A stretch of DNA of 27,610 nt from a virus (lineage: Duplodnaviria > Caudoviricetes): the IMG/VR virus record IMGVR_UViG_3300043464_001365, positions 1 to 27,610 of that record; one strand, written 5' to 3'. How positions within the stretch are numbered: the stretch's first letter is position 1; each line of letters starts with the position of its first letter. Below the pieces are notes generated by a model. That model was not told the origin of the DNA. It worked only from the letters and a program-made list of their open reading frames with translations, and ran no database searches. Positions 8,764 through 17,315 of this stretch are shown in pieces. Made by a program: the position numbers and the translations under genes.

Positions 8764-10950
8764 TTAGTACACGCGATTGCCGGAGCGCTTCGGTTCGGGG
8801 ATGTTCGCTATTTTTTCCATCAGATTGCGGAGCTTCACCGGGCCGTCGATGAGGCCCTGCACGCCGAGATCGAGGCGGAGCTTTTCGAGCTGGTCGTTGC
8901 CGAACTGCCGCACCGGACCAGGTCCGGGGGCCGGAGCGCCCGCGAGGACGTCGATGATCTCCCACTGGCCGCGGTTCTGGTTGTACTCGAACGTCAGCGA
9001 GTCGGGGCGTTCGGGCTTCTGGGTGGCGACGTACTTGTCGATCAGGTGCTTGGCGAGAGCGGGGATTTCCTTCTGCGTCTCGGTTCCGAGTCCCTGCACG
9101 GACGTCCATGTGTAGCGGCCGTTGATGATCGTGCCCATCGCCTGCACGTCGGCCGTGGCCTTGGCGAGTGCGTCGTCGGCGCTGGTGCCGGGCAGGTAGT
9201 GCATGGCCCGGTCGCGGACGTAGCTCATCACGTCGCCGATGTTGTTGCCGCCGACTTTCGTGGCCGCGCGTTCGATGTCCTTGGTCTGGATCCGCTGCTC
9301 CATGTCGACGATCGTGCCCGCCGGCGGGTTGATCGCACGCTGGGCGGTGCGAAGGGCTTGGAGCGGGTCGTTGGTGTTGGCGAGTGCCCCGACCGCCGCC
9401 CCGTAGAACTTCTTCTCTTGGTCGTTGAGGATGCTGTCGAGGAACGCGGGCTGCTGCGCCCGCATCGCGCGGTAGAGCCCGAACGCCTCGGAGACGTAGG
9501 CCGGGGCTTCGCTGGCCTGTTCCAGTTGCTCGGCCGACATGAGCGGGGCGCGAAGACGTCCCTGCCACTCGGGAACCGGCAGGGCGTGCTTGGCCGCTTC
9601 GTTGATCTTGGCGCTGATGTTGAGGGCGGGGTCCGTGATCGTCTGGTCGATCGTGGCGAAGATTCTGGCCTTGGCCGCGGTTCGGATGTCGTTGCCGGTG
9701 AGCTTGACTTCCTTGTCGCCGGACTTGAAGACCACGTCGCCGATCGTGCCGAGCGGGACGGAGTTGCTGTTGGCGACGACCGACGACAGGAACGTCTCCT
9801 GCTGCTGCTGGAGATCGACTTCGATCGCCTGCTTGCGGAACTGCTCCTGCCCGCGATTGAACTCATTGAGGAGCCTTGTCGCCTTCTCGGGGTCGGTCTT
9901 GGCGACCTTAGCGATCGCACCGATCTGGTCGTCGATCTGCCCGTTGAGGCCCGCGGCGTAGAACTGCCGCTCAAGGTCGGCTGCGGCCTGGTTCTGTGCC
10001 GCGGTGTCGCGCGTCTTGATGCGGTCTTCGAGCATCTTGCTCACGCCCGGCGACAGTACGCCCGAGCCCTGCCGGATCGCGTCTTCGGCGATCTCGGCCG
10101 GTGCCCCGCTGTCGATGAGTTCGGTGATCGTCCCGGCGAGAAGGGACGACTGCTTGTTCTGCTGCTGGAGGAAGTTGGTGTTCGCGGTGTCACGAAGCGA
10201 CTTCACTTCGCCCGTCAGTTCGCCCTGCGGGATCGCCGAGGCGATGATCTCGAACTGGTCGGTCTCGCCGTTCTCGGCCGCGAGCTTGAGCGCCGGTACC
10301 ACGATTGACGCGCGAGCCACACGGTCGGACACGCCGAACTGCGCGACGGCGGACTGGACGGTGGCGTTGATGTTCTCGACCGACTTGGCGTTGTAGACGC
10401 CGTCGGCGAGGACCGCCATCGTCTCCTTCGCCGCTACTTCCTTGTCGGCGGCGATCTTGGTCGCTAGCGTCTTGGCAAGGTGCGGTTCCATGAGCGCCCG
10501 ATACTCGTCGACGTAGTCCCTGTCGGAGACGCCGGTGTTGGCGAGCTCGCGGCTGACAAGCTGCATGGCGAACTCGTCGGCACGGGTTCCCGCGGGAACC
10601 TTCACCTTGCCCTCGGCGATGTCTTCGGAGTAGCGGACGGCGTCAAGACGGGCGTGCCGCGACGCGATCGCAGCGTTGGCCCGCTCGGTGATCGCGTTGT
10701 TCCGCTCGACGTCGCGGATCTGGCCTTCCTGCACCGAAGCGGCCGCACCCAACGCCTGACCCGCGAGCCCGAAGATTGCGTTCACCGTCTCGATGCCCTG
10801 GGCGACTTCGGACGTCGCCTGCACGATCGGGGCCCGCGGTACGTCGACGGGGACCGTCGGGACGGCGGAGAAACTTGCGGCCGACGTGTCGTACCGCGAG
10901 CGGACGGTGCCCGTGGTGCTCGCCATTTGGTTCGATCCGAAGCTCGCCAT
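8764..10950 (-). CDS. Internal virion protein (gp15-like, 728 aa)
   Basis: Synteny, size, alpha-helical Ala/Gln-rich composition. Confidence 0.7.
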   Translation of the reverse strand: MASFGSNQMASTTGTVRSRYDTSAASFSAVPTVPVDVPRAPIVQATSEVAQGIETVNAIFGLAGQALGAAASVQEGQIRDVERNNAITERANAAIASRHARLDAVRYSEDIAEGKVKVPAGTRADEFAMQLVSRELANTGVSDRDYVDEYRALMEPHLAKTLATKIAADKEVAAKETMAVLADGVYNAKSVENINATVQSAVAQFGVSDRVARASIVVPALKLAAENGETDQFEIIASAIPQGELTGEVKSLRDTANTNFLQQQNKQSSLLAGTITELIDSGAPAEIAEDAIRQGSGVLSPGVSKMLEDRIKTRDTAAQNQAAADLERQFYAAGLNGQIDDQIGAIAKVAKTDPEKATRLLNEFNRGQEQFRKQAIEVDLQQQQETFLSSVVANSNSVPLGTIGDVVFKSGDKEVKLTGNDIRTAAKARIFATIDQTITDPALNISAKINEAAKHALPVPEWQGRLRAPLMSAEQLEQASEAPAYVSEAFGLYRAMRAQQPAFLDSILNDQEKKFYGAAVGALANTNDPLQALRTAQRAINPPAGTIVDMEQRIQTKDIERAATKVGGNNIGDVMSYVRDRAMHYLPGTSADDALAKATADVQAMGTIINGRYTWTSVQGLGTETQKEIPALAKHLIDKYVATQKPERPDSLTFEYNQNRGQWEIIDVLAGAPAPGPGPVRQFGNDQLEKLRLDLGVQGLIDGPVKLRNLMEKIANIPEPKRSGNRVY

Positions 10951-11522
10951 CAGAAGCTCCTCCCTCGCTGGTTGACCCCGAGATTGACGAGGCTGCGGAG
11001 TTGATCGCCACCACGATTGTCAACGACCGGCGTCTTGGTCTCGGGGATCGGCTTGGACAAAGACTGCATCGCCTGAGAGATGCCAAGCCCGGTCGTGTAG
11101 CCTTGGAGCCCGCCCGTGAGGAACGACGCGCCCGGCGATCGCTTCTGACTCTGGAGCTGGTTGATCTGGCTCTGCAAGCCGAGGCGGACGGCGTCGATGT
11201 TGTTCTGGTAGTTCGTGTCGATGGTGGACGCATCGATCGCGCCGCTTGCCGCTGCCGCCGCGTCAAGCATGGCGGTGTTGCCGCCGAACCCGACGCCGTT
11301 CTCGGCTGCGGTCGCCGCGATCTTGCCGCGGAGTTGGTCGATCTGCTGCCGCTTGCGGAGCTGGTCGACCGCGCGGCCGTCGGCGAGTGCCTTGGCCTGA
11401 GCGTCGGCGCTTGCCGAGGCGTTCCGCTGCGTCTCGCTGATGGCTCGGTTCTGGCTGGATGCTGCGGCGGCGCCGAGACCGGCGAGTCCGGCGGCGGCGG
11501 TCAGGGAGATCGGGTCGAACAT
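10950..11522 (-). CDS. Internal virion protein (gp14-like, 190 aa)
   Basis: MxDP-type start, hydrophobic Ala/Gly N-terminus, Gln-rich coil, AAENGVGFGGN segment typical of gp14 homologues; synteny. Confidence 0.8.
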   Translation of the reverse strand: MFDPISLTAAAGLAGLGAAAASSQNRAISETQRNASASADAQAKALADGRAVDQLRKRQQIDQLRGKIAATAAENGVGFGGNTAMLDAAAAASGAIDASTIDTNYQNNIDAVRLGLQSQINQLQSQKRSPGASFLTGGLQGYTTGLGISQAMQSLSKPIPETKTPVVDNRGGDQLRSLVNLGVNQRGRSF

Positions 11523-11524
11523 GG

Positions 11525-12094
11525 TTAGTCCCGCCTCTTGTTGTCGTCGAGTTCAAAGTACACGCTGGCGATGAACACGCGCTTTGGGTTTGGGACCGAA
11601 ATGGTGTAGTACGACTTGTCGGCGTTGCCGTTGAGTCGGGCTCGAAACCGCCCGATCGATGCCGTGTCCGCTGAGTTGGAGTCGCTGAACGTCCGGGTGC
11701 GAGACGGGCGATTATCCGGCCACGCCTGAACCACTTCGTAGGGGCCGCTCTTGTAGTGTGACACGTCAAGGTGCCGGACCTGGGCGTGCGAGGTGAAGTC
11801 GGGGTTCTGGCCGCGAGTTCCGGTGAACGGCCGCGTGAGCCGCGTCATTGCCGGGAACGCGACGCCGATGGTCACGGGACCGGCGGTGAAGATCCCCGAC
11901 AGTGTGACGGTGTTGCCCGAGGGCACAACCGGGTAGACAGTTCCTGAGTTCTGCCCGAAGTCGTTGCCGAGGATCAGAGTGTCGACCTTCGCGTCGGCGA
12001 TCGGAAGGGTCCACGTCGTCGTGTCCGGTCCAGTGGTCGTTCCCGAGTGCGTCAGTTCGTACCGACGGTCGAGGATGTGGGTGAAGTTTGCCAT
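11525..12094 (-). CDS. Tail tubular protein B (gp12-like), separately encoded C-terminal part (189 aa)
   Basis: Begins MANFTHILDRR (gp12 HLDRR-like segment); V-T-I-G..F and final beta-strand pattern match the gp12 C-terminal region; ATG 1 nt after the upstream TGA. Confidence 0.7.
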   Translation of the reverse strand: MANFTHILDRRYELTHSGTTTGPDTTTWTLPIADAKVDTLILGNDFGQNSGTVYPVVPSGNTVTLSGIFTAGPVTIGVAFPAMTRLTRPFTGTRGQNPDFTSHAQVRHLDVSHYKSGPYEVVQAWPDNRPSRTRTFSDSNSADTASIGRFRARLNGNADKSYYTISVPNPKRVFIASVYFELDDNKRRD

Positions 12095-12095
12095 G

Positions 12096-13595
12096 TCAGA
12101 GTGAGGTTGCGAGGTCCAGACTCTCGAACACAAACTGGTTGGCCGTCGTGGTTTCCGCGAGGATGTAGACGGTGCTGTCGATGATCGCTATGTCGCAGAT
12201 ACGGGCGACGTGGTCGAACTTGAACTTGGTCCACGCGCTCTGCACCCGCTGCGGACCGACCCAGTATTCCTGATGGATGAACAGGACTGTCGGCTCCGAC
12301 GCGGACAGGGCGACGGTGGTGCCGTCGACGCTGCTGGTGGCGATGCGTTCGATGTCGCGGGGGATGAGTCCGACGACGTGTTCGGAGACGTTCTCGGCGG
12401 TGTTGGAGACCTGCGTGTCGTCGTAGTAGTACTGGTAGATGACGCCTGAGTCTTTGGACGAGGTGGCGAAGACCACGCGATTCCCCATCGTGGCAAGCGG
12501 AATCGAAAGGCTTGAGTACGAAGTGGACTCGGTGAACGAGACGGTGCCGGGCTCAAGCGTGTCGGGCGACGAAAGCTGGAACTGCTTGGGCGACTTGCAG
12601 AAGACGAGAAGACCCTTGCGGAAGGCCGCGAACCGATCGACGAAGTTGACGAGATTGCCGGGGAGCGAAACGTCGAGAAGGTCTGTCGCCTTGACCGGAG
12701 ACAGACTTTCGTACCAGAAGTTGAAGAAGTTTCCGGTCTGCGAGGCGACGATGCGGTTGTTCACGCCGAAGAACAGTCGCTCGCGGTGCACCACAAGATC
12801 GGCGATCGAGCGTGTTCCATCGAAGGACGTGAGTAGCGGGTTGGTTGTCGACGTTCCTGTCGCCCGAGCCGCCCACGTCTGAACGCCGCACACGAACTTG
12901 AGCGGGCTCAGGCCGGTCCTGGCAACGCCGTAGGGGAAGGTTGAGGCGGTGAGCGTGCCCGCGGTGTTGTCGCCGGCGAGCAAGACCTTCGTGTTGGCGA
13001 CCAGTGAGAAGTCCGCCGCGGTCGTGATTCGGTAGTCGTCGGCGGTGGGCGAACCCGACGCGAAGTAGGTCTCTGCGCCGGTGTTGGGCGACACGATCCC
13101 CTCGGTTCCGCTGAGCGGGTAGATGCGGGGGAGCCCGCCCGCCGACAGGATCCACAGATACCGCTCGGTGCTGTCACGCTGGGTCGCGTAGAAGCGGAGC
13201 TTGGCGCCGGTCGCCCACTGCGACTGGATCGCCGCGGTCGCGGAGGTCGCGCCGCTGGTGACGGTTCCGGCGGCGAATGTCCCGGCGGTGGTGCGGATGG
13301 TCAGGTACGCGGTCGAACCGTCGACGACGGTCGAGAGGATGACGCCGGACTTGCCGCCGCTCTGGGTGATGGTGTTGCCAGCGACGAACGGGCCGCTCGT
13401 GATCGACGTGCACGAAATGCGGAGGTTTCCGACCTCGGCCATGAACTTCGTGCCCATCCGCTTCATCATCCCGTACTGCACCGAGAACGCCATGTTCTCG
13501 GCGTCCTCGACCTGGCCGGGCTGGCGAAGGTGCGGAGGCTGGGTCGAGATTCCGCCGTAGAGCGACGGGCGTTCGACCTGTGTTTGTTCGGGCAT
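12096..13595 (-). CDS. Tail tubular protein B / nozzle (gp12-like), N-terminal beta-propeller part (499 aa)
   Basis: LYGGISTQP..R...Q.....N.......G..KR.GT start, RERLFF, SQTGNFFNF, VSEHV, QSAWTKF motifs. Confidence 0.9.
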   Translation of the reverse strand: MPEQTQVERPSLYGGISTQPPHLRQPGQVEDAENMAFSVQYGMMKRMGTKFMAEVGNLRISCTSITSGPFVAGNTITQSGGKSGVILSTVVDGSTAYLTIRTTAGTFAAGTVTSGATSATAAIQSQWATGAKLRFYATQRDSTERYLWILSAGGLPRIYPLSGTEGIVSPNTGAETYFASGSPTADDYRITTAADFSLVANTKVLLAGDNTAGTLTASTFPYGVARTGLSPLKFVCGVQTWAARATGTSTTNPLLTSFDGTRSIADLVVHRERLFFGVNNRIVASQTGNFFNFWYESLSPVKATDLLDVSLPGNLVNFVDRFAAFRKGLLVFCKSPKQFQLSSPDTLEPGTVSFTESTSYSSLSIPLATMGNRVVFATSSKDSGVIYQYYYDDTQVSNTAENVSEHVVGLIPRDIERIATSSVDGTTVALSASEPTVLFIHQEYWVGPQRVQSAWTKFKFDHVARICDIAIIDSTVYILAETTTANQFVFESLDLATSL

Positions 13596-13596
13596 G

Positions 13597-14385
13597 TCAG
13601 CTCCAGCGGGTCGTCATGCGGCGGTACGTCGTTTCCCGCACGTCGGGGTTGTTGAGGATGTTGATGCGAAGGAGCTCTTGGTTCTCGCGGCGGGCTCTGG
13701 TTCGGAATCCGCTGAGTTCATCCATGAGCATCTGGTCGTCGGTGACGCCGCGGCGTTTGTAACGCTGGAACCGGATCGCGGCGTTGGCGACGATGTACTC
13801 GGCGAGCCACTCGGGGAGCGTGGTGAAGTCGTTCTGGGTCACGCGATCGATGACGACGTTGGCCGTGAAGACGTCGGTGTTGTTCACGGGGTCGTAGAGG
13901 AACCCGCCGACGTTGTAGAACTGCTTGGACTCGTTGGGTGACGGCCGGACCATGAGCCAGGTGGACGGAACGACGTGCTTGGCCGACGTGATCGTGGCAA
14001 CAGCGGTGGGTGCGGCGCGGTTCACGGCGCCGCTGGAGATCGTGTTGGCCGTGTTGAACGCGGTGTCGTTGAGCTTCTTGACGTAGACGATGCCGCCGGT
14101 CTCGTAGTAGAACGTGCCGGTCGCGCCGCTGGTGGCCTGCGTGATCGTGCTGCCGTAGGTGAAAGTGCCGGTGCCGCCGGTCGCGGTGAGAGCGGTGTCG
14201 GGCAGCGCGATCGTGATGTTGGTCTGGTAGTTCGGTGCCCAACCCTGAGTCTGGATCTGAATGTCCGACTCGTTGAGGAAGGTTTCGGCTTCGCCGGCGT
14301 CGGAGTTGTTGCCGGTGTCGAGGGCGGAAACGGGAGGATCGCCAAGACCACGGAGGATGCGGTTGACGGCGGATAGGCGTTGCAT
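13597..14385 (-). CDS. Tail tubular protein A / adaptor (gp11-like) with inserted ~70-aa domain
   Basis: LSAVNRILRGLGDPPV start, Q.QGW..N, F..LP.....YI...AA.RF motifs. Confidence 0.9.
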   Translation of the reverse strand: MQRLSAVNRILRGLGDPPVSALDTGNNSDAGEAETFLNESDIQIQTQGWAPNYQTNITIALPDTALTATGGTGTFTYGSTITQATSGATGTFYYETGGIVYVKKLNDTAFNTANTISSGAVNRAAPTAVATITSAKHVVPSTWLMVRPSPNESKQFYNVGGFLYDPVNNTDVFTANVVIDRVTQNDFTTLPEWLAEYIVANAAIRFQRYKRRGVTDDQMLMDELSGFRTRARRENQELLRINILNNPDVRETTYRRMTTRWS

Positions 14386-14387
14386 GG

Positions 14388-15572
14388 TTACCTTCCCTGT
14401 GAGGAGACGATCCGCCCGCTGGAGTCGCGGAACGTGTTCCAGACGGCCCTCTTGACCACGCTTCCGACGTCAACCTGGTCGATAATCGGAATGATCGCCG
14501 CGCACTTGGTGTTGGTGTCGGTCCACGACGTTCCGTCCGGCGACGCGGTATACATGAACACGTCAGTGCCGATGGTGCCAAAGAAGGCGTTCCGCTGGCT
14601 GCTCAGGGTCCACTCAAGGCAGTAGAACTGCAGCGCGGAGTTCGCGGTGGCGTCGGGTTTGAGGAAAATGCGCACCACGTCGCCGGCTGCGATGGTCGTG
14701 GGCGGCACGTCCACGTTCACCAGGATCTGGCCGGGGTTGGATGACGGCAGGGAGTAGGTGTTGTACGAAGTCGTGCTGGTCGTTTTGAGCGTCGTGCCGT
14801 CGCTGGCGTAGACGTTGACGACGATCTCGTGCGTCGCGTTCGCGGCGGGGCGATACATGATGTTGACCGACTTGAGGCGGCACCCGAACTGTGCGTTCCA
14901 GCGGATGCCGCGCCGGTTCGGGTTGCTCGCCGAGGTCCAGTTGGTTTCGTTGGTCAGGAGCGGGACGTTCGACGTGTTGCTGATGAGGGCGCCGGAGTTG
15001 TCCGAGGCCCAGAGCGTCGGCATGCTGCCGGTGTGGGACCAAGAGCCGCTTACAAGGCTGGAATAGTGCGGGTGAACAAAGTTCGTCAGCCACGTCTGAT
15101 AGCCCGCCCGAATCGTGATCGTGTTGGTGGCGTTCAATCCCGATCCGGCCGTGCCCGTGCGGATCGTGATGGCGATGAACTGGGGGCTTGCGGTGTTGTT
15201 GGTGTAGGTGTCCGCGAAGTCGTGCGAGACGACCGCGCCGTTGGTGACGGCAGAGCCCGCGTTGCTCTCCACGATCATCGGCGTGGAGCCGCCGCCGTTG
15301 CTGGTCAGGGGCGTACCGTCCGGCCGACCGCCGTAGCCGGAGCCGCTGTTGACGACGCCCTCGATTGAGACGTTGTACGTCGGGGTGCCGACTGGCGCGC
15401 CGCCGCCAACGATGTAGACCGAACTGACCGTCTCGCCGGGCTGCAACATGCAGATCGCGGCGACGACGTTGTTGGTCGCCGTCGCGTTGTTCATCGTGAT
15501 CGTCGCGTGGGCGATGTAAGGGAACTGCGACAGCCGCATGAGCGGGGCTGCGGGGATCGTGGTGAGTGCCAT
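14388..15572 (-). CDS. Beta-rich, Thr/Asn/Ser-rich putative virion structural or receptor-binding protein (394 aa)
   Basis: True start ATG 15572 (TAATG overlap); the ORF-track N-terminal 123 aa look like shadow sequence; two predicted beta-sandwich halves. Confidence 0.6.
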   Translation of the reverse strand: MALTTIPAAPLMRLSQFPYIAHATITMNNATATNNVVAAICMLQPGETVSSVYIVGGGAPVGTPTYNVSIEGVVNSGSGYGGRPDGTPLTSNGGGSTPMIVESNAGSAVTNGAVVSHDFADTYTNNTASPQFIAITIRTGTAGSGLNATNTITIRAGYQTWLTNFVHPHYSSLVSGSWSHTGSMPTLWASDNSGALISNTSNVPLLTNETNWTSASNPNRRGIRWNAQFGCRLKSVNIMYRPAANATHEIVVNVYASDGTTLKTTSTTSYNTYSLPSSNPGQILVNVDVPPTTIAAGDVVRIFLKPDATANSALQFYCLEWTLSSQRNAFFGTIGTDVFMYTASPDGTSWTDTNTKCAAIIPIIDQVDVGSVVKRAVWNTFRDSSGRIVSSQGR

Positions 15573-15907
15573 TAGCGGTCCTTCTGTGTTTGCTGGGCCT
15601 GTGCGTAGTTGCCGCTGGTGACAACCTTGATACCCACACCTACCAGTGCGGTGATTGCCGCCGCGATCGCCGCACCGATTGCGGTGTTGACGCGGGTGTT
15701 CCGCATCTTGTCGGCTTCGGCCTTCTCGCGGGCCTGGCGTTCCATCTCGGCCATACGGAACAGCAGCCCGCTCGCGGGATCGCCGTTGCCGGTCAGGAAT
15801 TTCTCGATGCGGTGCTGGCCGTCGATGAGCCTCCGGACGTCCTGAGCAATGATCGCCAGCTCGTAGCCTGCGGTATGTTCGGTCGGGTCGTGTTGCGGGA
15901 TACTCAC
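15572..15907 (-). CDS. Holin-like / XhlA-like membrane protein (111 aa)
   Basis: GTGA-coupled start; coiled coil, GNGxxxxGL..R motif, single C-terminal TM (AIGAAIAAAITALVGVGI). Confidence 0.55.
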   Translation of the reverse strand: MSIPQHDPTEHTAGYELAIIAQDVRRLIDGQHRIEKFLTGNGDPASGLLFRMAEMERQAREKAEADKMRNTRVNTAIGAAIAAAITALVGVGIKVVTSGNYAQAQQTQKDR

Positions 15908-16509
15908 GCCTTGGCTCCGAGTCGGGCCTTTCGTTCGGCACGACGCCACGCCGCGTCGTAGTACGGGTTCATGCGAGCCGCAAGAATCCGGTCGCGCTGA
16001 GCGTCACGGTGGGGTTCGTCGGCCTCGCGGTACAACTCGTAATCACGCTCGGCAGCGATGCGGGTGGGCTTGGGAATGAGCCATTCGAGCCACTTCACGC
16101 CCGCGAGGAACACGGCCAGCACGGGCCAGAACTTGATCGCCAGAATCGCGGCGGCGGCGATAAGTGCCAGCCATGTCACGTTACCCAGCAACGTTGCCCA
16201 CCAAGGTGTCACATCTTTCACCTTCGGTAGAGCGGTCTGGACCTTGCCAGCCTCAATCTGGATGTCGCGGGCGTTCTGCGCAATGCCCTTGACGTGGCTA
16301 GCCGCCTGCTCATGCTCGGCCACTAACGGGGCGAGGGCTTCCGTGTGAGCGATGATGCCAGCCGCAAGGGTCTGCGTATTGCCAGCGGCGCGGGCGATGT
16401 CCTTTGTGCCCGAGGTGCAACCGATGCAGAACACGACCGCGATCAGGGCGAACACGGCGAACGCACCAATGGCGAGCCTGCTGGCGATGTGGCGTGTGTC
16501 TTTGTTCAT
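15904..16509 (-). CDS. Lipoprotein with coiled coil and C-terminal transmembrane region (unimolecular-spanin-like topology, 201 aa)
   Basis: ATGA-coupled start; basic N-terminus, hydrophobic h-region and IGC lipobox; helical coil; hydrophobic WWATLL...FWPVLAVFLAG segment; basic tail. Confidence 0.55.
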   Translation of the reverse strand: MNKDTRHIASRLAIGAFAVFALIAVVFCIGCTSGTKDIARAAGNTQTLAAGIIAHTEALAPLVAEHEQAASHVKGIAQNARDIQIEAGKVQTALPKVKDVTPWWATLLGNVTWLALIAAAAILAIKFWPVLAVFLAGVKWLEWLIPKPTRIAAERDYELYREADEPHRDAQRDRILAARMNPYYDAAWRRAERKARLGAKA

Positions 16510-17315
16510 GGGCGGTTCCACCTCTTGTTGAGCGTGTCAGCGATGCGGACGAAGTCGTGCTTGTCGTTCCAGTCGCGCTTCTTGTTGTTGTCGCCGCCGA
16601 GCCAGAGAATGACGTCGATGTCCTTCTCTTGGATCAGGTCGAGGTTCGATTTCCAGAACTGGTTGGCGACGAGCGATCCGCCGACGTCGCGGACGCTGGG
16701 GTGAAACTCCGGACAGAGGAACGCGATCACGGGCTTGCCGAGACGCTTCGCCTCGTCGATCATCGGTCCCGCCCACTTGCGGTAGGCGGGGAACTCCCAG
16801 GTGTTCGGGTAGAGCGAGGGGCAGGTGACGGTGAACGGCGCGAGCAAGCCGCGTGGTCCGGCGTGGAAGTCGTTGCTGGCTTTCCAGTCCCGCATCCGTC
16901 GCTGATACTTGGGGTCGCGGTCGAGGATCAGGTCGTTCGTCGCGTCGCCGGGAGCGAACGCGTAGAAGCCCATCTCGCCGGTGAACCCGCCCTCGCGGTA
17001 CGCCGCGGCGACGGAGTGGATGAACTCCACGTCGTCCAGCACGGCGCTCATGGAGTAGACGCGGAGGTCGAGCATGATCGGACGGTTGACGCCAAGTCGC
17101 TCGTCCCATCGCTCTTCGATGTTGACGATGAGCGGGCGGTCGTTCGCCAGCGTCGCCGCCTCACGCCGGCAGGCGTCGAGATCGACGAAGCTCATGTCGA
17201 TTGCGCCGTCCTTGCGACGCCTCGGCCACCACGTCCGGTTGACCTGATGGATTGGAGCGAAGCCCGAGGGGTCGGGCTTGTTCGCCATGTCCAGCATGTC
17301 GTACATCACGGTCAC
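16506..17315 (-). CDS. Hyaluronidase (GH56)-like TIM-barrel glycoside hydrolase (269 aa)
   Basis: Ordered motifs LIVNIEERW, GFYAFAP, W..SND, PSLY, EAKR..KPV, VILW resembling GH56; GTGA-coupled start; no signal peptide. Confidence 0.6.
   Translation of the reverse strand: MTVMYDMLDMANKPDPSGFAPIHQVNRTWWPRRRKDGAIDMSFVDLDACRREAATLANDRPLIVNIEERWDERLGVNRPIMLDLRVYSMSAVLDDVEFIHSVAAAYREGGFTGEMGFYAFAPGDATNDLILDRDPKYQRRMRDWKASNDFHAGPRGLLAPFTVTCPSLYPNTWEFPAYRKWAGPMIDEAKRLGKPVIAFLCPEFHPSVRDVGGSLVANQFWKSNLDLIQEKDIDVILWLGGDNNKKRDWNDKHDFVRIADTLNKRWNRP

Noticed and set aside
15573-15941. N-terminal 123 aa of the 517-aa ORF
   Set aside because: Overlaps the holin-like gene; composition switches at MALTT where a TAATG coupled start exists
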